DNA of 64,000 bases from Rhodospirillaceae bacterium (GCA_002722885.1 PBNE01000018.1:3113-67112), one strand, 5' to 3'. Positions 37,484-45,762 are shown, counted from the first letter of the stretch. The notes: generated by a model not told the origin, from the letters alone. Translations and numbers: made by a program.

Positions 37484-38673
37484 GGCCGCCTCGCCTCGTG
37501 GGCGATCATGAGGTCGGCGATCTGGCGGCCGAAATGCTGTGTCGCCGGATCCCAGAAAGGCGAGAACGCACCGCCGTCGAAGCCCGGCGAGACACGTCCG
37601 GCCTGCATGGATTCCAGCGGGTGGATATCCTCCTGATTCAGGGAATCCCATGTCTCGAACACCTTCGCACGCGTCTCATCGTACTGCCCCGCCATCGCCT
37701 CGCTCGGAAAGACGATGTGGATCATCTCCCTGGTCCTGCCCGGTGCTACAGGCTCCGCCACCAGAAAGGCGATGTGATCGGGCCAGATGTTGATGTTGCA
37801 GGTCGGCGTCACGGTAAACATGCGCCCTTCCCGGTGCAGCACGTCCGGCAGCCCCTCAAAGTAAGGCAGGCCTTGCCCCCTGCCCTCATGCGGTTTGGCG
37901 ATCACATGCCATGTCATTGTCATGTGCTGTGCGACCGGCGTCATCGGGTTGCTGGTTTCCATCGGAGCGAACTCACACAGCGCCGGGTGGATCGCGAACT
38001 TGTGGTAGACGTCGATGAAGTTCTCGTGGATGTGCTTCCAGTTGGCGTCGATGTCGTAGGTCAGGCACCCGCCGTGGGTGAAGTCGCGGCTTTCCCAGCC
38101 ATCCAGGTGCGCGTCGGCTGGCGCCATGTGTTCGGCCAGCGGCGCGGCGTCGCCCGAAATGTTCACGAACAGCACCCCGCGCCAGCTCTCGCAGCGCACG
38201 GGACGCAGGTTGCCGCGCTCATCGCCATCCTGCAGGACATCATGGTTGCCGCCACCCCGGAAATGCGGACGGGTCCGCAGCTTGCCGTCCAGGCCGTAGG
38301 CCCAGCCGTGATAGGGACAGGTGAAGGCCGCCAGCCTGCTGCAGGGTTCAGTCACGATCACCGCGCCGCGATGGCGACAGACATTGTGGAAGGCCCCGAT
38401 CGAACCGTCGTGATGCCGGACAAGGACGATCGGGCAGCCGGCCACGCGAACCGGCAGAGCATCGCCCGGCGCCAGAATCTGGCTTTCAAATCCGACCAGC
38501 ATCCACATTGGCCATATCAGGTGACGTCGTTCCAGTTCGAGCCAGTCGTTGCTGGTGTATGCGACATTGGGAAGAGCGCTGCCGTCGTCCACACCGGCAT
38601 GAAGCCGGATAAGGGCCTCCGCACCCAGAATGTCGGTCACACGGCTCGCAGCCGTCCGGTCGGCAGATGACAC
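37465..38673 (-). CDS. Rieske non-haem-iron oxygenase alpha subunit, paralogue 3 (more divergent)
   Basis: CRHRGAVIV..CPYHGWAYGLDG and ENFIDVYHKFAIHP. GTG start at 38673. Confidence 0.85.
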   Translation of the reverse strand: MSSADRTAASRVTDILGAEALIRLHAGVDDGSALPNVAYTSNDWLELERRHLIWPMWMLVGFESQILAPGDALPVRVAGCPIVLVRHHDGSIGAFHNVCRHRGAVIVTEPCSRLAAFTCPYHGWAYGLDGKLRTRPHFRGGGNHDVLQDGDERGNLRPVRCESWRGVLFVNISGDAAPLAEHMAPADAHLDGWESRDFTHGGCLTYDIDANWKHIHENFIDVYHKFAIHPALCEFAPMETSNPMTPVAQHMTMTWHVIAKPHEGRGQGLPYFEGLPDVLHREGRMFTVTPTCNINIWPDHIAFLVAEPVAPGRTREMIHIVFPSEAMAGQYDETRAKVFETWDSLNQEDIHPLESMQAGRVSPGFDGGAFSPFWDPATQHFGRQIADLMIAHEARRPWASRS

Positions 38674-38696
38674 GGCGATCTTACCTCTTACTTATC

Positions 38697-38724
38697 CGTG
38701 AAAACTCTTCCATGTAATTTCACG
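38697..38724. promoter_or_regulatory. Operator-like site A: CGTGAAA-N14-TTTCACG
   Basis: Perfect 7-bp inverted half-sites with a 14-nt spacer, 24-51 nt upstream of the Rieske paralogue 3 start. The same architecture recurs at 39888 and 45664. Confidence 0.5.
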
Positions 38725-38761
38725 CAACACAACACTCGAGAGCGGAGGAACATCCAGATCG

Positions 38762-39844
38762 TCAGGGATCGTTCGGCTGCACCACGACGTGACGTAGTCC
38801 GAGACCGCTTTCCTCCGCCTTGAGAAGCGCAGCCATGGTCTCCTCAAGCGGATAAACGATCGGTTCAACCGCCGAAAGATCGAGCTGCCCGGACGCGATC
38901 ATGGCGACCATGTGGTGGCCGGCCTCACGCGGGAACCAGATCGAGCCGATGATGTGAAGTTCCTGGAACAGGATGTCTTCATAGACAAGCGTCAGCGGGT
39001 CGGTGAACCCGACCCCCACCAGAGCGGCGCGCCCACCCTGGCCGAGACCGGCGAGCGCTGCCATCGTAGCCTCAGGCGCTGCCCCGTATCCGATCGCATC
39101 CAACATGACATCGGCGCCGCCACCGGCGGCATCACGGATGGCCGCGCCGTCGCTGTCGTCGCCGTTCAACACCACGGGCACGATCCGATTCGGCGCGAGC
39201 GCGGTCAGTTCATCGAGCAACGCCCGCCTGCGCCCGGTCGCCACAATGCGTGTGGCACCCATGGCAAGCGCCATCAAAACGCCCGACGCGCCGACCTGTC
39301 CTGTGGCGCCGCTGACAATCACGGTCTCACCCGGCTGCAGGTCCGCGTTCAGAAAGCCGCCGTAGGCTGTGCCGATCCAGCCCAGGCGCACCAGTTGCGC
39401 TGGCGTCGCTTTCTCTGTCGCCCGGCCCAGGCGCACCATGCACTCGGCGGGCTGGATCATCTGTTCCGCGAAGTTACCGTTCCGCCAGCGGGCCAGCGGC
39501 CGGTCCGATTGCTCCCCGAGCCCGAAGGATGCCAGCAAGCACCGGTCGTCGATGCCACCGGCAACCCGCGAACCATAAAAGTGGTCGCAATAGACGAGAT
39601 CGCCCGGGGCCACATGTGTGACACCGTCGGCCACGGCTCTCACGCGACCGATCGTATCCAGCCCCGGAACAAAGGGCTTCGGCGGAAACATCATGTCGGG
39701 CGGGTTTCTGATCCGCTCGGCCAGTCCACCAGTGCCGAAGGCCGCCACCACGTCCACAATTACGGAATCAGGCAACATCTCCGGCTCCGGAATGTCTTCC
39801 ATCACCAGTTCGCTGTTGTCTTCGTGCCAGACCGCCGCACGCAT
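38762..39844 (-). CDS. Medium-chain dehydrogenase/reductase (zinc-ADH/quinone oxidoreductase superfamily)
   Basis: MRAAVWHE..., GroES-like N-domain, Rossmann motif VIVSGATGQVG. First gene of the minus-strand operon. ATG 39844 was chosen over 39880. Confidence 0.85.
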   Translation of the reverse strand: MRAAVWHEDNSELVMEDIPEPEMLPDSVIVDVVAAFGTGGLAERIRNPPDMMFPPKPFVPGLDTIGRVRAVADGVTHVAPGDLVYCDHFYGSRVAGGIDDRCLLASFGLGEQSDRPLARWRNGNFAEQMIQPAECMVRLGRATEKATPAQLVRLGWIGTAYGGFLNADLQPGETVIVSGATGQVGASGVLMALAMGATRIVATGRRRALLDELTALAPNRIVPVVLNGDDSDGAAIRDAAGGGADVMLDAIGYGAAPEATMAALAGLGQGGRAALVGVGFTDPLTLVYEDILFQELHIIGSIWFPREAGHHMVAMIASGQLDLSAVEPIVYPLEETMAALLKAEESGLGLRHVVVQPNDP

Positions 39845-39887
39845 CGCTGCCTCCCCTTTTGCGAATGAAAACGCTACCACCCTTCTT

Positions 39888-39915
39888 CGTGAAATTGTTT
39901 TCCATCTTTTTCACG
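39888..39915. promoter_or_regulatory. Operator-like site B: CGTGAAA-N14-TTTCACG
   Basis: Identical half-sites and spacing to site A, in the divergent intergenic region between the MDR gene and the decayed Rieske gene. The spacer again contains TTCCAT. Confidence 0.5.
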
Positions 39916-39958
39916 AACTGAGTTAGAATGTCATCAACGCATTTGCCGGGGTCATGCC

Positions 39959-41083
39959 ATGTCCGCAAAAACCGCCGAAGCACTGGGCTTCGACATCGCT
40001 GAAATCGAGGATAGGATCGCCAACAACTGGAGCCTTCCGACCCGCTGTTACTGGGATCAGGACATCTTCGATTTCGATCTCGAAGCGATCTTTGCCAGGC
40101 GCTGGCAGTTCTTCTGTCCCGTACACAAGGTGATGAAGCCGGGTGACGTGGCCGTCCGGCAGGTAGGCCGGTATCCCGTTGTAGTCACTTGCGACCGCAA
40201 CGGCAGGCTGCAAGGCTTTCTCAACATCTGTCGCCACCGAGGCTACACAGTGGCCGAACGGGATCAGTAGAAGTGCCTCAGGCTCGTGCGCCGCTATCAC
40301 GGCTGGTCCTACAACCTCGACGGAGCGCTGGCACACGCCCCTGACGCCGACGGCGAAGCCGGGTTCTGCAAGGACGATCTGAGTCTCAGGCGGGTTGCGG
40401 TCGACCAGTGGGGAGCAGCGATCTTCATCCATCCGGATCCCCAGGCCGCCTGCATGCGCGAGACGTATCCTACTTTGTTCGAAACCGCCGACGAGATCGC
40501 CTTTGATCCCGATCCGGCAGAGTGGATTCCGTACAAGGAGGTCGTCTACGACATCCCGACCAACTGGAAGCTTTGGTACGATAACGGGACGGTGTGCTAC
40601 CACTGCCCCACGATCCACGAGAGCTCATTTGCCGACAGCTATGACTCCGGCGAAGGCAGCTACAGTTCGGAGATGGGGCCGGGCTATCTGATGAGCCACT
40701 ATCTCAACAAGCCCGGCGACCGGCGCAACGCCCCCATCGAGACCGAGCAGTATGCCTTCCAGGTCTTCCCCGGCTTCGTCTGCATCGGAGAGGGCGACAT
40801 CCTGCATATGACCGGCATGGTGCCGATCTCAGCCGGACGAACCCACCATGTCACACACTGGCTGGCGCGTCCTGGAACCGATCCGGACTACTCCAGAACG
40901 TTATCGGATGTCTGGGACCAGACCTACCGTGAAGACAACGCGGCCACATCCGACCAGTACAACAACCTTGCCGTGGGCCATCAGGACTGGAATCGTTATG
41001 TGGCAGGCCGGGAGTTCGGTGCGGTTCACATGAGCCGCACCATCTGGGACCACTACAAGGCCGCACTTTCGCCTGTCCACTGA
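39959..41083 (+). pseudogene. Rieske oxygenase alpha subunit (GbcA/CntA-like CYHC subtype) disrupted by an in-frame TAG and lacking a Rieske Cys ligand
   Basis: ORFs 39959..40270 and 40286..41083 are in the same frame, separated by TAG at 40268. The sequence reads CRHRGYTVAERDQ*KCLRLVRRYHGWSY, whereas the paralogues have C-P-Y-H at that position (Cys to Arg). Confidence 0.75.
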
Positions 41084-41134
41084 ACAACAGCACCCGCCAA
41101 CGGGCACACCACCAGGACACAAAGGGACAAACAC

Positions 41135-41524
41135 ATGACCGATCGACGCAAGGAACTCGAAGAGCTCACACATCAGTTCGTTGACTGCTTCAACCGTCAG
41201 GACATTGACGGGATCGCGGCCTTCTTTGCCGAAGACGGAGTCTATGAGGATTCCAACGGCGGCAGCCACACGGGGCCCGCCGCTATCAAGGAAGCGTTTG
41301 TGCCGCTGGTCTGCGGCAGTCGCGGCAAGATCAGCTTTGATGACGAGGACTTTTTCGCTGAGCCCGAGTCCGACAAAGTCATGGCGAGCTGGACGCTCAA
41401 CATGGAGATCGAAGGCAAGCCGATGAGGCTGCGCGGGCTGGATCTACTTCATTTCCGCGGTGACAAGCTCGTGCGCAAGATGGCGTATTGCAAGGCCGCA
41501 GCGCCCCAGCTCACCGAGGGCTGA
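41135..41524 (+). CDS. SnoaL-like/NTF2-fold protein
   Basis: 129 aa. FVDCFNRQDIDGIAAFFAEDGVYEDSNG is the typical SnoaL_2 N-terminal pattern. Confidence 0.8.
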   Translation: MTDRRKELEELTHQFVDCFNRQDIDGIAAFFAEDGVYEDSNGGSHTGPAAIKEAFVPLVCGSRGKISFDDEDFFAEPESDKVMASWTLNMEIEGKPMRLRGLDLLHFRGDKLVRKMAYCKAAAPQLTEG

Positions 41525-41689
41525 AGACACCAACCGGGCCTGTCTAAGAATCGGTTTCTTCGGTTGCATAAGGACTCGCAAATCTAAAAAGTACGGGGCA
41601 TGTTTGTCATCTGACTGCACAAGAATGCGGCTTCAACGGCTGCGGAAACTACGCATCCTCGAGAGATGTTTGAGACAAGGGAGAACACC

Positions 41690-42622
41690 ATGGGAGTTCT
41701 GAGTAGAAAACTGTTGGGTGCTGTTGCAGGCACCGTTATGGCGATGAGTGTTGCTGGAACAGCAACGGCCGACGTACCGGAAAGTGACCGGGCGATCATT
41801 ATTCCGCTCCATAACTGGACCGGAGCCACCATCGGCGGTGCGATCGCCGGCCAGATTCTTCAGGACATGGGCTACAACGTCGAGTTTGTGGCCGTGGGTG
41901 CGCTGGCTGCAGCACAGGCCATCGCAGACGGTGATGTGACCTTCACACCTGAACTCTGGGACAACAACCTCGGCGAGCTCTATCCGACCCTGATGGCAGA
42001 AGGCAAGATTGTTGACTTGGGTGAGGTCGGCATTGACGCACGCGAGGGCTGGCTCTATCCCATTCATGTCGAAGAACTCTGCCCCGGCCTGCCCGACTGG
42101 GAGGCCTTCTTGGGCTGTTCCGAGATTTTCGCAACGCCTGAGACCTTCCCCAACGGCCGTTACCTCGACTACCCCGCCGAGTGGCTGAGCCGTGGTGGCG
42201 ATATGGTGCGCAACGAAGGCCTGCCGTTCGACGTCGTACCCGCCGGATCGGAAGGCGCTCTGGTTGCCGAGCTGAACTCCTCTGTCGACCGTCAGTCTGC
42301 CCTGATCATGATGTTCTGGGCGCCGCACTGGGTCCTGTTCAAGCATGACTACAACTGGGTCGAGATGCCGACGGACCTGGTCGAGAAGTACAGCATGCAG
42401 AAGCCGCGCGTGTTCAAGGCCGGTTGGCCCGGTATGTTCGATGAATGGCCGGTGGCTTCGAACTTCATCCAGAGCTTCCAGATCGACAACGCGGCGCAGG
42501 AAGTCCTGATGGATGAGATCGACAACAAGGGTGTGCCCCTGATGGAGGCCACCCGTGCGTGGATCGACGCCAATCCCGACAAGTGGCAGCCCTTCGTGGA
42601 CGAAGCCATGGCGGGCAGCTGA
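41690..42622 (+). CDS. Glycine betaine/proline betaine-type ABC substrate-binding protein (OpuAC/ProX family)
   Basis: Signal peptide, then PLHNWTGATIGG..., TFTPELWDNN and GWLYP aromatic-box-like motifs typical of OpuAC. ATG 41690 is preceded by GGGAGA. Confidence 0.85.
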   Translation: MGVLSRKLLGAVAGTVMAMSVAGTATADVPESDRAIIIPLHNWTGATIGGAIAGQILQDMGYNVEFVAVGALAAAQAIADGDVTFTPELWDNNLGELYPTLMAEGKIVDLGEVGIDAREGWLYPIHVEELCPGLPDWEAFLGCSEIFATPETFPNGRYLDYPAEWLSRGGDMVRNEGLPFDVVPAGSEGALVAELNSSVDRQSALIMMFWAPHWVLFKHDYNWVEMPTDLVEKYSMQKPRVFKAGWPGMFDEWPVASNFIQSFQIDNAAQEVLMDEIDNKGVPLMEATRAWIDANPDKWQPFVDEAMAGS

Positions 42623-42649
42623 ACGAACCCGTCTGACTGAAACGGCAAG

Positions 42650-42686
42650 GGGCCGGGTGGCAACACCCGGCCCTTTCCATTTTGTG
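42650..42686 (+). terminator. Rho-independent terminator after the binding-protein gene
   Basis: GGGCCGGGTG-GCAA-CACCCGGCCC followed by TTTCCATTTTGTG. Confidence 0.8.
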
Positions 42687-42805
42687 TCGGCCCGAACTTG
42701 CCGATCATGGCCACAACAGGCTCGGGGCAAAGCAACTCAGGCTGCTTGAACCCGCCGATACAACCCGTCACGATGGCCGCAGCGAACCAACTTCGAGGAT
42801 CCGAC

Positions 42806-43564
42806 ATGGCCGCCACCGCACAACCCGTCAGCCAGGAGTTCAACGAACGCCGCGTCCGCGTGGAACTTGCGGCGATGTACCGTATCTCGCACTTCTACGG
42901 CTGGACCGATGTGATCGACACACATCTGACCGCACGTGTACCGGGCACCGATGATCAGTACTTCATCAACCCCTATGGCCTGATGTTCGATGAGATCACG
43001 GCCTCGACCCTTCTGAAGGTTGATTTCGAGGGCAATGTGCTGGAAGGCGACTATCCCACCAACGAGGCCGGGCATCTCATTCACACCGCCGTTTTGAAAG
43101 CGCGCCCCGATCTCAACGTCGTGCTCCATACGCACGCCCGTGCCAGCAGCGCCGTCTCGGCCATGGAATGCGGTCTGCTTCCGATCAGCCAGCAGGCCAA
43201 CGAAGTCATCAAGCTGGTGCGTTATCACGACTACCACAATGTCGTCGCCAGCCCGGAAGCCGAGTGTGAAGCGCTCGCCCGTGACATGGGCGACGATGCC
43301 AAGCTCATGATCATGCGCAACCACGGCCTGCTCTCCGGCGGCCGCACGATGTCCGAAGCCTTCTGGCTGATGATGCGCCTGGAAACCGCCTGCAAGATTC
43401 AGGTCGATGTCCTAGGCTCCGGCCAGCCCTATGTAACGCCTTCGCAGGACGCCATCGACGACCTCGCCGCCTACGCCGTGAACGCCGAAGCCGACGACTA
43501 CGACCGCTACTGGCAGGCTGCCTTGCGCCTGGCCCACCGCAAGTATCCGGGCTTCGACGCCTAG
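42806..43564 (+). CDS. Class II aldolase/adducin-family protein
   Basis: VRVELAAMYRISHFYGW.D...THLTARVPG, the metal-ligand block VVLHTHA, and RNHGLLSGG. ATG 42806 is preceded by GAGGA. Confidence 0.85.
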   Translation: MAATAQPVSQEFNERRVRVELAAMYRISHFYGWTDVIDTHLTARVPGTDDQYFINPYGLMFDEITASTLLKVDFEGNVLEGDYPTNEAGHLIHTAVLKARPDLNVVLHTHARASSAVSAMECGLLPISQQANEVIKLVRYHDYHNVVASPEAECEALARDMGDDAKLMIMRNHGLLSGGRTMSEAFWLMMRLETACKIQVDVLGSGQPYVTPSQDAIDDLAAYAVNAEADDYDRYWQAALRLAHRKYPGFDA

Positions 43565-43580
43565 ATCAGGTTCTCCCGCC

Positions 43581-45017
43581 CTAGGTCACATCCGGCATCG
43601 GCGTGTAGGCGTGCTCACCATCATTGAGCGCGGCATCGCGCCCCCCCAGGTCTGCAACCTTGTCCGCCTGCTCGGCCATGCATTGCGCGTTGACCGCTTC
43701 GTAATCGACAATCGAACGCAGCTTGGTATCGCAGGCAGAGAGGGTCTCTGCATGGGCAGGGTCGCCCATCAGATCATGCGCTTCGATCGGATCAGCGACC
43801 ATGTCGAAGAGCTGGGGTGGATAGCCCGGATAGGCAATGTACTTCCAGTTTCGCCAGCGCAGCATGAACATGCCTGTGATCGCTCCAGTCTCATGAAACT
43901 CGCTGATCACGCCCCGGTCCCTGTGATCGCCACTGATTAGGTCCTGCAGGGCCAACCCTGACAGCTCGCTGTCATCATCTCCAAGCGCCAGATCGTGCGC
44001 CTTCAGGATCGTCTGGTGCAGATCGACGTGGGACGTAGCGGAATCGCAACGCTCACCCTCAGGAATGCCGGGGCCCGCCACGATCAGCGGGATGGCCGAG
44101 GATTCCTCGTACATGTTCATCTTGGCCCACATGCCGTGGTTGCCCAGCATCTCGCCATGATCGCTGGTGTAGATGATCAGTGTGTTGTCAGCCTGGCCCG
44201 AGTCCTCAAGTGCGGCCAGGATCTTGCCGATGTTGTCGTCCAGGAATGAGACGTAGCCGTAGTACGACAGCCTCGCCTCACGAATATGGTCGTCGTCGCG
44301 GAAGTGCTTGTCGTAGTCCCAGACCGTCTGTGTGACATCGAGCACAGGATGATCCGGGCGTTCATCTGCCCCCCGCAGACGGGGCGTATCAATCGCATCG
44401 CGGTCATAGAGGTCATAGAACGCGTCAGGCGCTACGATCGGATGATGGGGCGCCACGAAGGAGGCGAACAGCGTCCAGGGTTGCTCCTGCTTCGGGGCCT
44501 CATCCCGCAACCACGCCGAGGCGAGTTCACACACCTTGCGGTCGTAGCTGGTGTAACGGGATTCACCCCGGCCGATATCGTTCGCGAAGTCCTCATTGCT
44601 TGGGTAGCCGAAGTCCCGGTCACGGACCATGGTCGAAGTGAACCCGATGCCGTCCAGGATGTGGACGGGAATCACCTCATGGGAGAACCCATTGTTGTCT
44701 TCGTTCGAACGGAAGTGGAGCTTGCCGATCGAAAAGCACTCACGTCCTTCCGCAAGCAGACGATGACCCCAGCCCTCGATATGCCCGGTGTAGGGCTCCG
44801 CACTCGACCATGTGCCCAGCTGATGCACCCAGCGGCCGGTCTGCATCGAAGCCCGTGTCGACACGCAGATCGGCCCGGCGCAATAGGCCGTGTCGAAGAT
44901 CGTGCCGCGCGCCGCGAGGCGATCGAGGTTCGGCGTCTTGACCAGCGGGTCACCGTAACATCCGGTGATGTCTCGCTGATGCTGATCCGAGCAGATGAAA
45001 AGAACGTTCTGCGCCAC
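43581..45017 (-). CDS. Sulfatase-family (alkaline-phosphatase superfamily) hydrolase
   Basis: NVLFICSDQH, PICVSTRASMQTG (sulfatase signature region) and IIYTSDHGEMLG. GTG start at 45017. Confidence 0.88.
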   Translation of the reverse strand: MAQNVLFICSDQHQRDITGCYGDPLVKTPNLDRLAARGTIFDTAYCAGPICVSTRASMQTGRWVHQLGTWSSAEPYTGHIEGWGHRLLAEGRECFSIGKLHFRSNEDNNGFSHEVIPVHILDGIGFTSTMVRDRDFGYPSNEDFANDIGRGESRYTSYDRKVCELASAWLRDEAPKQEQPWTLFASFVAPHHPIVAPDAFYDLYDRDAIDTPRLRGADERPDHPVLDVTQTVWDYDKHFRDDDHIREARLSYYGYVSFLDDNIGKILAALEDSGQADNTLIIYTSDHGEMLGNHGMWAKMNMYEESSAIPLIVAGPGIPEGERCDSATSHVDLHQTILKAHDLALGDDDSELSGLALQDLISGDHRDRGVISEFHETGAITGMFMLRWRNWKYIAYPGYPPQLFDMVADPIEAHDLMGDPAHAETLSACDTKLRSIVDYEAVNAQCMAEQADKVADLGGRDAALNDGEHAYTPMPDVT

Positions 45018-45103
45018 GACGAAGCCTCCTCAGTTCAGACCGATGGACGGTCAGGACACTGTTCCATCCCAGGGGTCCCGATGGCAACGCCCGCGCCTGG
45101 AGC

Positions 45104-45331
45104 CTACCGGCGTTCGAGTTTGGCGCGCCATCCCGGATGGTCGACGACCGCCGTGTTCACGAGGTTGCCCGGCACCTCACCGCGTTTGACGGCCAGCACC
45201 GCCCCAATGGCCTCTTGCGATGCGTCACTGTAACTCCTATCGGTCATACACATGGAATGGGGCGTCACCACGACGTTGGGCATGCTGAGCAACGGATTGC
45301 CGTCCTCAATCGGTTCGGGCCTCAAACACAC
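45104..45331 (-). pseudogene. C-terminal fragment of a D-isomer-specific 2-hydroxyacid dehydrogenase
   Basis: NPLLSMPNVVVTPHSM..T......A..A..AVKRGE.P.NLVN matches the last about 65 residues of the family. No N-terminal or NAD-binding domain is present. Confidence 0.6.
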
Positions 45332-45635
45332 CGCTGTGAATCACGAAGCCGGTCTTGGGCGCCAGTCCCTCACCGTCGATCACCTCAATCGTGTTGCCCT
45401 CCACATCCACCTTCACCAGCAGAGAAGCGGTCATCTCGTCCCAGCGCACACTCATGGGGTTAATCAGGCAGTGGTTGGGGTTGTCCGGGCAGCGCGCGGT
45501 GATGTGGTTCCACACCAGCTGATACCATCCGAACCGGTCGGCGAGCCGGAAAGCAGCCGCCAGGTCGACCCTGAGATCGTGTTCAGTCTGCCACATTCGG
45601 CCCTGATTCATCGCGACAACGGACGACATCATCAA
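45306..45635 (-). pseudogene. N-terminal fragment of a class II aldolase/adducin-family gene (paralogue of 42806..43564)
   Basis: LRVDLAAAFRLADRFGWYQLVWNHITARCPD...MTASLLVKVDVEGN aligns with residues about 15-105 of the intact paralogue. It stops before the metal-binding HTH block. Confidence 0.6.
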
Positions 45636-45663
45636 ACTTCTCGTCTTTGAACAGCATCCGAAT

Positions 45664-45691
45664 AATGAAACATTGCTAACGAATTTTCACG
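45664..45691. promoter_or_regulatory. Operator-like site C: AATGAAA-N14-TTTCACG (plus an adjacent CGTGAAC at 45698-45704)
   Basis: Same 14-nt spacing and a perfect right half-site. The left half has 2 mismatches. It lies 72-99 nt upstream of the TMADH-like gene. TTCACG-N6-CGTGAA forms a second, tighter palindrome. Confidence 0.45.
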
Positions 45692-45762
45692 CCAATTCGT
45701 GAACGGGGTCTGGCGCACCGAAGCACAACGCGTCAGGCTCTGCACGCTCGACGGAGGGCACC

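Noticed and set aside
40268-40270. In-frame TAG in the fourth Rieske gene as programmed read-through or pyrrolysine recoding.
   Set aside because: There are no pyl genes, and proteobacteria are not known to use such recoding. The same gene has also lost an essential Rieske Cys ligand, which fits decay rather than recoding. Sequencing error remains the only alternative.
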